DNA from: Telmatospirillum sp. | GTDB taxonomy: Bacteria; Pseudomonadota; Alphaproteobacteria; Rhodospirillales; Magnetospirillaceae | NCBI GenBank assembly: GCA_009712185.1 | Contig: WASQ01000065.1 | Span: 41,235 to 105,234 of the forward strand | Direction: 5' to 3' | Length of the DNA stretch: 64,000 nt | Part shown: positions 26,263-35,942 of the stretch, one piece after another | Numbering within the stretch: the stretch's first letter is position 1 | How the letters are laid out: every line of letters begins with the position of its first letter | Notes under the pieces: model-generated | The model's database searches: none | What the model saw: the letters and a program-made list of their open reading frames with translations, nothing else | Told to the model about the DNA's origin: nothing | Made by a program: the position numbers and the translations under genes

Positions 26263-26388
26263 GGCCGGGCGGGGTATTTTGTTCAAGTGCAGCGGCAGCA
26301 TGGCTGCCCCGGAGAATCGGCGCAGGCGCCGAAGGGGAATTCGCGTTACCTCGTGATGCAGGCAGCAGCATCAACAGAGGAGCCGACG

Positions 26389-27135
26389 ATGCCGCTCGAT
26401 CCGGCCACGTGCACGATTTTTCAGGACCTGCCCCGACCCGGCGGAAGCGTCGACGGCTGCACGCGTGATATCATCCGATTGCTGCCGCCCTTGAGAACAC
26501 CGCCTGCGATCATCGATCTGGGATGCGGACGGGGCTATCAGACCATTACGCTTGCTGCCCATTTCAAAGCCCCGGTCATTGCTCTTGACGACGACCAGGC
26601 GGCCATCGACCAGACCGTGGAAGCCGCCGCCGCCGCCGGGGTTTCCGCCCTGATCCAGCCCCGGCTGGGATCCATCGCCGCGCTTCCGGACGCGCCGGGC
26701 AGTTTCGACCTGATCTGGAGCGAATGCGGCGTCCACCGCGTCGGCCTGGAAAAGGCCCTCGGATTGTGGGAACCCCTGCTTCGTCCGCGCGGCGTGATGG
26801 TGGTCGGCGCCTGCGGCTGGATCCTGCCCGATCCCCCGGCTGAAGCTGCGGGCTTCTGGCAGCGGATCTATCCCGGGATGACCGACACGGCCAATGTCCA
26901 TGCCATCGCGAAACGGGCAGGATTGCGGATCGACGACAGCTACAGCCTGCCCCGGTCGCTGTGGCGCAAGGAGTATTTCGAACCTCTGGCCCGCCGGATC
27001 GTCCGGTACCGCAAGGAGGGCGGACTGGACGCCGCCGCCGAACGGCGCATCCAGCAGGCCGAAACAGAGATCTCGATGTTCGACCGGTGGGGCGACCGGT
27101 TCCAGTACAGCTATTATCTGTTGCGCCGCGCCTGA
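26389..27135 (+). CDS. class I SAM-dependent methyltransferase
   Basis: IIDLGCGRGYQT motif I. The ATG at 26389 follows a GAGGAG RBS. The ORF is open from 26287. Confidence 0.8.
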   Translation: MPLDPATCTIFQDLPRPGGSVDGCTRDIIRLLPPLRTPPAIIDLGCGRGYQTITLAAHFKAPVIALDDDQAAIDQTVEAAAAAGVSALIQPRLGSIAALPDAPGSFDLIWSECGVHRVGLEKALGLWEPLLRPRGVMVVGACGWILPDPPAEAAGFWQRIYPGMTDTANVHAIAKRAGLRIDDSYSLPRSLWRKEYFEPLARRIVRYRKEGGLDAAAERRIQQAETEISMFDRWGDRFQYSYYLLRRA

Positions 27136-27249
27136 CCCCGGAGCCTTCCCGGCCCGGGACCCCTTTCATCCCCTGACAGCCATGACGCGCCCCGGAGGCC
27201 GCAATCTCCGGGTGGCGTTGGGCCGGGGCCTCCCTTATAGTGCGCCCGC

Positions 27250-27873
27250 ATGGAGACCCTGTTCTATAATTTCGTCACGTTTTTCGTGGTCATCGATCCC
27301 GTGGGTTGCGCCGCCGTTTTCGCGGTGATGACGCCCAACGCGCTGCCCTCGGAACGGAACCGCATGGCGCGCAAGGCAACTCTGCTGGCCGGCGCCATTC
27401 TGATCGTTTTCGCCTTTCTGGGCGAAGGCCTGCTGCAAGCCCTGGGAATCGGCATGCCGGCCTTCCGGATTGCCGGCGGACTGATGCTGCTTCTGCTGGC
27501 GATCGAAATGGTGTTCGCACGCCCCGCCCGCGTTACCCGTGACGAGGACGACGAGGCGGAACACCGCGAGGACATCTCTGTTTTCCCCATCGCCTTCCCG
27601 CTGATCGCCGGCCCCGGCACGATGACCACCGTGGTGCTGCTGATCGGCCGCGAGACCAGCCAGCCGGCCCATATGATGGGTGTGCTCGCCATTCTCATCC
27701 TGGTGCTGGTGATGGTGCTGCTTTGCCTGCTGGCCGCCGGACGGGTCTATAAGATCCTGGGTGTGACGGGCAGCAACGTGGTCAGCCGTATTCTCGGCAT
27801 CATTCTGGCCGCCCTCGCGGTCCAGTTCATCATCGACGGCATCGCGCAGGCGCTGCACACCGTCAGCCCCTGA
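27250..27873 (+). CDS. MarC family (UPF0056) integral membrane protein
   Basis: 207 aa. FFVVIDPVG near the N-terminus and six hydrophobic segments are typical of the MarC family. Confidence 0.9.
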   Translation: METLFYNFVTFFVVIDPVGCAAVFAVMTPNALPSERNRMARKATLLAGAILIVFAFLGEGLLQALGIGMPAFRIAGGLMLLLLAIEMVFARPARVTRDEDDEAEHREDISVFPIAFPLIAGPGTMTTVVLLIGRETSQPAHMMGVLAILILVLVMVLLCLLAAGRVYKILGVTGSNVVSRILGIILAALAVQFIIDGIAQALHTVSP

Positions 27874-28243
27874 CGCCCCCTGTCCCGCCCGTTCCCGGCC
27901 CTGTCCAGACGCGGGCCGTCAGATAGAGCCGGCCGTCCCGTTCGACGACCGGCGCCCCCCTCAAGTCCGCGCCGCCGACCGGCAGCTCCCACCCGTGACT
28001 TGGGCATTCAAGAATGCACCGGTCCGCGTCGAGCCGCCCCCGCAACAGAGAAATGTCCCGGTGTGGACATCGGTTGCGCACCGCGACCAGTTCCCCGGCG
28101 ATCTCGAGGATCAGCAGCGGCCGCGAGACGCCGCCGCCATCCCGGACCACGCCGGTCCAGCGCCGCTCGTCACGGATGATATGTTCCTCAACATCGTCGA
28201 TGAGCCGATCGGGGATCGTCACGGGGGGAGGGATGCGCGTCAT
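27863..28243 (-). CDS. Rieske [2Fe-2S] domain protein
   Basis: CPHRDISL ... CPSHGW matches the CxH...CxxH cluster-binding pattern. The start is uncertain (28243, 28252 or 28345). Confidence 0.8.
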   Translation of the reverse strand: MTRIPPPVTIPDRLIDDVEEHIIRDERRWTGVVRDGGGVSRPLLILEIAGELVAVRNRCPHRDISLLRGRLDADRCILECPSHGWELPVGGADLRGAPVVERDGRLYLTARVWTGPGTGGTGGVRG

Positions 28244-28409
28244 TCCCCGCATATGGGGCGCGCAAGCCGGCAAGGAAAGCGTCGCCGCCTTTTTTTTCCG
28301 TACCGGAGAGAGGCCTCGGGCATACCACCCGACAGGGGGGTCCAAAATGCGATTCCACCAGCCCTCCCGCGCCGGACGGCGAAACTCCTGACGAATGCCG
28401 ACCGGCGTT

Positions 28410-28883
28410 TCACCGCTGATTGACCGGCCTGACCACGCCCGCCGCGAACCGATGGATCAGGAATGGAATGGGAAGGAGGAGTCCGACACTCCAATGCAGG
28501 AGTGCGACGGTGGTCAGCAACCGTTCGCTTCCCAGGTAGTAGAGGAGATAGCCGGTTCCACTCAGCCAGACGAGCAGCCCGAACAGGACAGATCCGGTCG
28601 CGCGATGATGGCCCGATTTCCAGGCTCCCAGAATATGCGTCCCCCAGAAAAATCCCGCTGCCCAGAGAGAGATGAAGCCGAAAAGCCCATGGGCGGCGCG
28701 CCACCAGAATTCAAAGGGATGAGGATGCAGGCCGAAATCGGTCTGTCGTTGCAGGAAGGAATGAAAGACGAGCCACAAGACGCCGGTTAGCCAAAGTCCG
28801 AGCCCGACGCAATAAGACGTCAACCGCAGCGACGGCCGCGGGCGAGCCGGATCTTGCGGGGGGATCGACACCCCGCGCATCAC
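28410..28883 (-). CDS. His-rich four-helix membrane protein (possible heme b-binding, DUF4405-like)
   Basis: 157 aa with four hydrophobic helices and multiple conserved-looking His residues (FHSF, HGLF, THILG, LHW, IHRF). Its ATG overlaps the apbE stop (ATGA at 28880-28883). Confidence 0.6.
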   Translation of the reverse strand: MMRGVSIPPQDPARPRPSLRLTSYCVGLGLWLTGVLWLVFHSFLQRQTDFGLHPHPFEFWWRAAHGLFGFISLWAAGFFWGTHILGAWKSGHHRATGSVLFGLLVWLSGTGYLLYYLGSERLLTTVALLHWSVGLLLPIPFLIHRFAAGVVRPVNQR

Positions 28884-29758
28884 GGAAAGCTCCCTATTCC
28901 ACGCCAGCCGAACCGTTGGTCACAGGTCAGGGCGCCGGCGGCATAGATGGACAGGATCGGGGCGCTTTCCTCCCCCATCGCCATGACGACCTTGGTCAGG
29001 GCATCGGCGTCCGCGCAGTGCGGCGCCATTACGGAAACGAATTGCCAGGCACCGGCGGGGCCGTCCCGGTGTGGACCGACGTGCGGGCCGCCGGTCCCGG
29101 ACGCTTTCCGGGACATCCGGCCGCAGGAACTGGCGACGCTGCCATTCTCGACATCGGCGACCGCGGCCAGCTTATCGTCGCGGCCATCCGGTAAAAGCCG
29201 GATACGTTCGTATCCCTCTCCCGCCACACGCAAATCGCCGCCGGCATTGACGCTCGCCTTCGTCGGAGAGAAGGCCCGCAGAGCCGCGATGGCGCAATCC
29301 ACAGCATAGCCCTTGGCGATCCCTCCGAGATCGATCCACAGCGGCTTATGAAAACCGATCTTTCCGTTTTCCAGGAAGACAATGTCGCGCCAATCAGCCT
29401 TCGCATCCGGCATGGGCGCGCCCTCCGGAGCCGGCAATAGACCACGCGCCACCAATTCCGGTGCCACGGTTACGTCGAAGCGTCCGTCACTTATGCGGGA
29501 AAACCCGGCCGCTCGCATCAAGACCTCCAGAGTATGCTGATCGACGGAAACCGGTTCGCGACAGGCCACCCGATTGAGCCGCGAGACATCGCTGCCGGCG
29601 TCACGAAAACTCATCAGCCGATGGATGGTCGTGATCGTATCCAAGGCGGCGTCGATCGCCGCATGGGCGCGATCAGGCGCCAGCCCTTCCACCCGGATGC
29701 GGACAAACGTGCCGAGAAGCGGACGGCAGCGTTCAACGGTGCGCGAGAAGGATTGCAT
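28880..29758 (-). CDS. apbE: FAD:protein FMN transferase (ApbE family)
   Basis: 292 aa with an ApbE-like layout (RCRPLLGTFVRI..., IDLGGIAKGYAVD). Confidence 0.85.
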   Translation of the reverse strand: MQSFSRTVERCRPLLGTFVRIRVEGLAPDRAHAAIDAALDTITTIHRLMSFRDAGSDVSRLNRVACREPVSVDQHTLEVLMRAAGFSRISDGRFDVTVAPELVARGLLPAPEGAPMPDAKADWRDIVFLENGKIGFHKPLWIDLGGIAKGYAVDCAIAALRAFSPTKASVNAGGDLRVAGEGYERIRLLPDGRDDKLAAVADVENGSVASSCGRMSRKASGTGGPHVGPHRDGPAGAWQFVSVMAPHCADADALTKVVMAMGEESAPILSIYAAGALTCDQRFGWRGIGSFP

Positions 29759-30254
29759 AAGCGGCGAGGAGACGACGAACGCCGTCCGTCACATGCTGGG
29801 AGGACAGAGTCGCACCGGAGATATTCTGGATGTCCTTGTCCAACACCATGGGCGTCCCATCCTGCTTCCCGATGAATTGCGCCAGCCACTTGGGATTTCT
29901 CACATCGCCACCGACATATTCGCTGTATTCCAGGATCTCGACGGACTTCACGGCGCCGCGGTCATCAAGCGCCACGGCAAAAGGAATGAAATCATGATCG
30001 CCGATGACCTCGTCGACCATGAACCACCCACCGCCCGAGACCCGCCAAACCTTGAGCTGACGCCCCTTGGTCGCGACACCGCACCTGCGTTCGATAGAGG
30101 CTGCCTGTTCGTCGCTGATGGAGCGGAAATCCGGTTGGAAACTGCCCCCGGGGAACATCAACTGCTGCGCCTGTTCGACGGTCAGGTAGACGGTGGCCTG
30201 AGCCGGGCTCGCGACCATCAGCGCCGCCGAGAGAAGAAGAAACCGCGCATTCAT
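29733..30254 (-). CDS. periplasmic FMN-binding domain protein (flavinylation substrate)
   Basis: Signal peptide MNARFLLLSAALMVASPAQA. The C-terminal DIQNISGATLSS motif matches the [ST]GA[ST] flavinylation site of FMN_bind domains. Confidence 0.8.
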   Translation of the reverse strand: MNARFLLLSAALMVASPAQATVYLTVEQAQQLMFPGGSFQPDFRSISDEQAASIERRCGVATKGRQLKVWRVSGGGWFMVDEVIGDHDFIPFAVALDDRGAVKSVEILEYSEYVGGDVRNPKWLAQFIGKQDGTPMVLDKDIQNISGATLSSQHVTDGVRRLLAAYAILLAHR

Positions 30255-30486
30255 GGTTTGCCCACGCTTTCTCCAGACAATGTAAGGATACACGGCCTTT
30301 CGCGACGTCATCGCTGCCGGCCCCTGAGTTTCCCGGGACGCTTCCGCTCCGGAGGGTTCAAACGCCGCCAGGGGCTTTAAGGGCCTGTCGATCAGGTCAT
30401 TTATCAACAGGTCCGCAAGCCCGATATCACGGGCGATCCGCATCAGCCCGGGAATGGCGCCGACGGCGACAAGACAGACCGGTCAC

Positions 30487-31614
30487 TTACGGATATGGGG
30501 ATATCGCATCCAGTTCGATTTCGAACAGCAGATCGTCTCGACATACGGCGGCATGCGCGGATGTCAGCGGCAGTTCGGGCAGTCCCCGCTGGCGGCAGCA
30601 GTCCTCGAAGATCGGAACGGCATCGAGATCACGGAAGTAACCGATGGCACGGACGGTCTGCCCCCAGTCCATATCACGCGAACGAAGGATGGCTTCGACC
30701 ACGTCGAGCGTCAGCAGGATCTGCTTGACGACGTCGTCCCGATGCTCGCTCGCCCCATCCGGAGCAATGCTGGCGGTGCCGGAAACGAGCAACAGACGGC
30801 GGTCGGGATAGACGACCTCGACGGCGCGGCTGAACGAACTGCGGTATGCGGTGGCCGGACATTGCAGCGGCGAACCCACCTCGCGGATATCAACTCCTCC
30901 GTGACGCGGCCGTATAGCCAGGGCGCCCGCGGTCAGCGCCGCACCAAACGGATTGATCGCGCCGATTCCCGTGCTGGCGGGGACAAGCCGGTTAAAAACG
31001 CCGCGCTTCTCGAAAAAGGCGGTCCGGGCCACGTTGAACTCATCGTACCAGGACAGGAGACCGTCCAGATAAAGCCAGGTTCGGACCACATGCGAGAAGT
31101 CCATGCCGGCCTTAGCCAGTGCGGCCTCGATTTGTTCAAAGCAATTTTGCGTCTGCGCCCCGCCGCTAACGGCGAGATCTGAGGGAAGGACTCCGGCAAG
31201 CAGACAATAATCGGCATCGTCGTCCGCCCATGTGCTCCCGACAGTCCTTCCACCGAGTTCGACCCGCCCGCCCGGCTGTCCTTCAAGAGCGAACGCCTGC
31301 ATACCGTTTATCCGGGTACCGGGGCTCACGTCGCCTTGAAGCCACATCATCGGCCACCCCGCTCCCCCCATGCGAGCTTGAGCCGGATCATGGAAACGGC
31401 ATCCACCGAAGACCATCTGGGCGACGACGTCGCCGCTCTCCGCGGAAAAATTATCGAAAATGGACAAATCGTCCGCATCGCGGGGGCGAGCGAACAGAAA
31501 ATTTTCCCGCACCCCCTGACGATCCAGAGAAATGACATCGCCCTGCCCTGTCCGCCGCCGGGACACAGTCATCGCTGGCGCCAGCATATCTTTACTTTCA
31601 CAATTCATGAACAT
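30487..31614 (-). CDS. YjgF/RidA-fold tandem-domain protein, chorismatase (FkbO/Hyg5/XanB2)-like
   Basis: VRTWLYLDGLLSWYDEFNVAR and LLLVSGTASIAPDG blocks resemble chorismatase-family motifs from memory. This was not verified by search. Confidence 0.5.
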   Translation of the reverse strand: MFMNCESKDMLAPAMTVSRRRTGQGDVISLDRQGVRENFLFARPRDADDLSIFDNFSAESGDVVAQMVFGGCRFHDPAQARMGGAGWPMMWLQGDVSPGTRINGMQAFALEGQPGGRVELGGRTVGSTWADDDADYCLLAGVLPSDLAVSGGAQTQNCFEQIEAALAKAGMDFSHVVRTWLYLDGLLSWYDEFNVARTAFFEKRGVFNRLVPASTGIGAINPFGAALTAGALAIRPRHGGVDIREVGSPLQCPATAYRSSFSRAVEVVYPDRRLLLVSGTASIAPDGASEHRDDVVKQILLTLDVVEAILRSRDMDWGQTVRAIGYFRDLDAVPIFEDCCRQRGLPELPLTSAHAAVCRDDLLFEIELDAISPYP

Positions 31615-31624
31615 CGCTCCGAAC

Positions 31625-32938
31625 TCAGGCGGTTCTGAATAATCTTTGCCCGACGAACTCGCCGTCCCTGGCGCCCCCCGGGCAGGCGAACAGGCCGCTT
31701 CCCTCGTGGGTCCAGAACTGGTTTAGCTTGGCGTCATACTTGGCCATCTTATCGTACATATTGATGAAGCCGGTTCGCGGGTCGCGCTGGTAACAGATGA
31801 AAAGCATGCCGGCATCGTATTCGATGCCCTGACGCCACGGCGGCCAACGCTCGCTCACAAAACTGAGACCGTTATTGTAGGAATAGGAGCGTCGAACCAT
31901 GGTAAACGCGTCGGGCGTGACGATGCGCAGATGACTGGACTCGCCATCGTCCTCGGGGGGGCTTTCCTCCCGACCGTCGGCATTGGCTTTACCATGGGAA
32001 TATTTGACTTCGCCGATGGCTTTTTCCTGATACTCGGTCGGCATATGGTCCCAATGCTCGATGGCGAAGCGGATGCGCCGCACCACCAGATAGGTGCCCC
32101 CCCGCATCCAGTCCGGCCCTTCGTCACCGACCCAGATCACCTTGTCCATGAGCTTCGCGTCAGTCATGGGCGGATTGCCCTTGCCGTTGGAAAACCCCAA
32201 CAGGTGGCGCTCACCCGTGGTCGGCCGGAAACCGCTTTGCATCCAGCGAAACCGGGCCACGCCTTCCGCGATGCGGGCCAGTTGGCGCACGGCGTGGAAA
32301 GCCACCTGCGGGTCCTCGGCACACGCCTGCACGGAGAGATCGCCGCCGGTGCGCGCCTCGATCATCTGGTCTCCGACAAATTTCGGCAGGTCGACAAAGG
32401 CGGCCGGTCGACGCGAGGCGAGCCCGTAGCGGTCCTTGCCATCTTTGACAAACAGGTCCGCACCGAAACCGAAATTCAGAGTCAGGCGGGAAGGAGACAT
32501 GCCGATGGCCTCGCCCGAATCGGAGGACATCGCGCTGAAGTCGGGAGCATATCCGTCATCCTCGGGGGCCGCGGCCGCCGGCTTGACCGCCAGTGTCAGG
32601 CCGCTTCCCAGGGGTTGAGCCGGCTCACCCGCCGTCATTCTTGCCGCCGCAGCCGTCCAGGCCTGTAAAAGATCCGCCACGTCGCTCCGTTTGGTGGTGG
32701 TCAGGTCAAACGTGGCAAACAGCGTATGATGCTGAATGGGGAAGGTGACGATGCCGGCCTGGTGCGCCCCCCAAAATGGCTCTGTCTCTCCTTGAGGTTT
32801 CGATAGGGCCGGACCGGCAACCTCTGCCCGCGCCTCGCCCGCACCAAGGCTTAAGCCGGCAGCGGCCGCCACACTGACGGCCGAGGTCAGAAGATCACGA
32901 CGAGACATATCTGAATTGGCAGAAAAACGCTTTTTCAT
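31625..32938 (-). CDS. efeB: Tat-exported Dyp-type peroxidase (EfeB family)
   Basis: Twin-arginine signal MSRRDLLTSAVSVAAAAGL and a Dyp/EfeB-like length and C-terminal region. Confidence 0.85.
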   Translation of the reverse strand: MKKRFSANSDMSRRDLLTSAVSVAAAAGLSLGAGEARAEVAGPALSKPQGETEPFWGAHQAGIVTFPIQHHTLFATFDLTTTKRSDVADLLQAWTAAAARMTAGEPAQPLGSGLTLAVKPAAAAPEDDGYAPDFSAMSSDSGEAIGMSPSRLTLNFGFGADLFVKDGKDRYGLASRRPAAFVDLPKFVGDQMIEARTGGDLSVQACAEDPQVAFHAVRQLARIAEGVARFRWMQSGFRPTTGERHLLGFSNGKGNPPMTDAKLMDKVIWVGDEGPDWMRGGTYLVVRRIRFAIEHWDHMPTEYQEKAIGEVKYSHGKANADGREESPPEDDGESSHLRIVTPDAFTMVRRSYSYNNGLSFVSERWPPWRQGIEYDAGMLFICYQRDPRTGFINMYDKMAKYDAKLNQFWTHEGSGLFACPGGARDGEFVGQRLFRTA

Positions 32939-34098
32939 GGCACCGCCTCCACCAGGGTGTTCACGTCATCCTCGACGTAGTAGAAGCCGCTGCCATCGGG
33001 CTTCATGGCCAGACCGAACAGATCGCCGTTGCCGGGCGGAGACTGTGCCGGATTGGCGTCGATCCATTGTGCCGCCAGCTGCTTGCCTGAGTTGGGGTCG
33101 ATCTCGACCGCCTGACCATTTTTGGCATTCAGAGCGATCAGGTTACCGTTCGGGGCCATCGCCAGAGCAAGCGGACGCCTCAGCTTTCCATCCTTGCTGA
33201 TGTCGCGCCCGGTTCCCGCGCTGGCGGTCCGCGTCGATGCCTGGTCGATGGCGACGATCCGGTTGCCCAGGGCGTCAGACACATAAAGGGTATCATCCGG
33301 GCCCAACACCACACCGGTCGGTCCGACCAGAAATACGTCCTTGTCGGCTGCCTGACCAAAGCCATCGCCAATGACCGTCTCGTCGGTCACCACCGGCGGC
33401 TTTCCTGCGGAAATCTGCAGATTCATGCGCAGAACCGTCGCCTTGTTGACGACGACCGGCCGACCCGTTTTGGGATCGAGAACGTCCGGTCCGGGCACAT
33501 CGAATCCGGCCATGCTGATGAACAAGGTGGCTTTGTCACCGCTGTCGATGACGGCCATGTTGCCCCACGGATAGTTGATATTTGGCCCGCTCCACGCAGA
33601 GACCAACTGTCCGTTGGCATCAAGCACCAGCAGACAGCCATCGCCCCGGGTCTTCATCGTGCCATCGGTGGACGGCGCGCTGCCGACAATCACCCAGCCG
33701 GATTTCAGCATGACCATGGCGGTGCTGAGACCAACGCCGCCGGGGCATTGCTTGAGGTTCTGCGGGAGGCTGGCGAACAACGACGTCTTTTTGGTGGACG
33801 GCGTGTAGAGAACGATCGTGCCGCCGGTACCCTGGAGGTTGGAAATATTGTTGAAGTTGTCGACGATGACGTCGTCTTTTTGGATTTTCCCCGCCGAGAC
33901 CGGGGCGACGAACACCGCATAAGGGTTGAGATCGCCATTCTCAGGGATGGTCGACGTCAGGGTGACATGCCGATGAAGAGCCGCGAGGTAACTATTGTTC
34001 TCCTCGGCCTGGACACCGTGAAACGAGGACACCGTAAGGGCAGACAAAGCAGCCATAGCCGTAATCGACCGGCTTCGGACAGTTCCGACCATCGTCAA
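32935..34098 (-). CDS. secreted beta-propeller protein (NHL-repeat-like)
   Basis: Signal peptide, plus repeated blocks such as LYVSDALGNRIVAID. Its stop overlaps the efeB start (ATGA). Confidence 0.6.
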   Translation of the reverse strand: MTMVGTVRSRSITAMAALSALTVSSFHGVQAEENNSYLAALHRHVTLTSTIPENGDLNPYAVFVAPVSAGKIQKDDVIVDNFNNISNLQGTGGTIVLYTPSTKKTSLFASLPQNLKQCPGGVGLSTAMVMLKSGWVIVGSAPSTDGTMKTRGDGCLLVLDANGQLVSAWSGPNINYPWGNMAVIDSGDKATLFISMAGFDVPGPDVLDPKTGRPVVVNKATVLRMNLQISAGKPPVVTDETVIGDGFGQAADKDVFLVGPTGVVLGPDDTLYVSDALGNRIVAIDQASTRTASAGTGRDISKDGKLRRPLALAMAPNGNLIALNAKNGQAVEIDPNSGKQLAAQWIDANPAQSPPGNGDLFGLAMKPDGSGFYYVEDDVNTLVEAVP

Positions 34099-34105
34099 TT
34101 CTCCG

Positions 34106-35653
34106 TCAGAAAAGGATGTTGGTGCGAAGCCCGAGTACGGTCTCGTTCTTCACCTTCTGGTTTGTTGAATCGGCAACTCCCGCCCCGGGATTGAACACGT
34201 ACTGCACGTCCGGCTGGAGCTGCCACCAGGGGGCCAACGCATATTGGTAGGTGACTTCGACAAAGGTTTCGCTGCCGCGCACCGGCCTGTAGGTTCCGGG
34301 GGCGAAGGCGATGGTGTCCTTGTCGAGTGCGGCAACGCGATCGCTGACGTGGACATAGCCTATGCCGACGCCAAAGCTGTCATCATCGCGGTTGAGGAAT
34401 GGCTCGCGGAGCGTGAGGCCCAGGTTTGCGCTGAAATCGACCAGGTTGCGGTCCGTGAGCGGCGTTCCCATGACGCGGGCGAAGACATTCAATGTCCGGT
34501 CCAATTCGTTGGCCTGCTGCCAGATCATCTGATCAGCCACGGCGTAGATCGCGTAATTGCCCCGATGCTGCTTCGGATTGCCGGACGTGGCCGGGTTCGC
34601 CTGGGAGAGCCCGGTATCGTCCCAACGCCTGTCGTCGAAATTCCGGCCGTCGTACCAGATGCCCAGCTTATAGCTGCGCGCCAGGGGCTCCGGTTGATCC
34701 GCATAAAGAGTGGTGCCGAGTGACGGGTAGGCATACTGGATTTCCGCGATCGCCAGCGGCTTGCCGGTCAGGCGGAAATTCAGGCCGTTCGCATTGTCCA
34801 TCTGCGAATCGGCGGCTCCACTGTCGACGGAGGGGCTTCCCTTGTACACACCGGCCAGAACGGTGACAGAGTTTGAAATTTTTCCGCGCAGGCGGAGCCC
34901 CATGGCCGACAGGGGATAGGCCGGACCGCCGCCCGGCATGTCGGCCGATGGCAGCATAGGCCATCCGAACATGGTATTGACGAAGAGGAGCGCGTTCTGA
35001 CTGACCATGAATTCCTGGTCGAGACTTTGCTGGCCGATCTTCACGTCCATGCGGTCTTCATCGAGGAATTTCTGCTGATACCAGACTTCCCACAGGCGGG
35101 TCGCCCGATCCGCCTCGATGCCGCTCGCGGTTTGCAGGGAGTCCAGGTTGTCGGCGCTGAGGTTCCGGCCGTGGATTTGCAGGGCGCTCGCGTTAAAGGT
35201 GCCGCCGTGCCAACCGAGCGCCCTCTCCGTGTCCATCTGCAGGGTTGCGGTGGTCAAGCCATCGTATTCGAAGCCCTTGCGGGTCCCGCCGGAAACGTTG
35301 CCGAGGATTTCACTGGTTTCCTGCAGAGTGAAGGACATGCCGTATTTGCTGAGAAACGGCCGTAACCCCCACATGTCTCCCAACATATATTGGTTTCGCG
35401 CTATCCCATTGAGGAAACCGAAAGCCCCCCCGCCCCTCGTCGCCTGCGACATGTCGGTGTCGACCGAAATCGTGATGGTGGGAGGCGTCGCCATGACCGG
35501 GCTGCCCCAAAGGCTGGCGGCTGCCGAAAACAGGACGCCGCCGAGACGGACTGTTTTGCGGCAACTCGGACGACCGGCTTGGAAAAAAAATGATTTCGGC
35601 CTCACGACAAATCTCCCCCGTTCTCCCCTGACAGCGGCCAGGGAAACGATCAA
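34106..35653 (-). CDS. carbohydrate-selective porin, OprB family
   Basis: Beta-barrel-like alternating pattern, a terminal Phe, and a GQQSLDQEFMVS...LFVNTMFGWP block typical of the OprB family. The start is uncertain. Confidence 0.85.
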   Translation of the reverse strand: MIVSLAAVRGERGRFVVRPKSFFFQAGRPSCRKTVRLGGVLFSAAASLWGSPVMATPPTITISVDTDMSQATRGGGAFGFLNGIARNQYMLGDMWGLRPFLSKYGMSFTLQETSEILGNVSGGTRKGFEYDGLTTATLQMDTERALGWHGGTFNASALQIHGRNLSADNLDSLQTASGIEADRATRLWEVWYQQKFLDEDRMDVKIGQQSLDQEFMVSQNALLFVNTMFGWPMLPSADMPGGGPAYPLSAMGLRLRGKISNSVTVLAGVYKGSPSVDSGAADSQMDNANGLNFRLTGKPLAIAEIQYAYPSLGTTLYADQPEPLARSYKLGIWYDGRNFDDRRWDDTGLSQANPATSGNPKQHRGNYAIYAVADQMIWQQANELDRTLNVFARVMGTPLTDRNLVDFSANLGLTLREPFLNRDDDSFGVGIGYVHVSDRVAALDKDTIAFAPGTYRPVRGSETFVEVTYQYALAPWWQLQPDVQYVFNPGAGVADSTNQKVKNETVLGLRTNILF

Positions 35654-35923
35654 ATGCGACTGATTCTCGTTCGCACAGAGTCCTATTGTAGATTGATGGG
35701 AGCGTCAAGAGAGAATCTCACAAAAAACCTAAGGGGATTTTTATCGCCACAACCAATAATAATGACTGGTGTCGACCAAAGGAGAATGCCGCCCCATCCC
35801 GGACGAGCCCTTTGAATCTCAATAAATTCCTCTGTTTCCTGGGGATTATGCCTTAATCAGGACTCGTTTTGTTCCTGCCGCCAACTTCATTAATAGTTGT
35901 AATTGTGTGATGACACGCTGGCG

Positions 35924-35942
35924 GCATGGATTGAATCCATGC
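35924..35942. promoter_or_regulatory. 19-bp perfect palindrome upstream of the porin operon
   Basis: GCATGGATT-G-AATCCATGC lies in the AT-rich spacer about 270 nt upstream of the porin ORF start. Confidence 0.3.
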
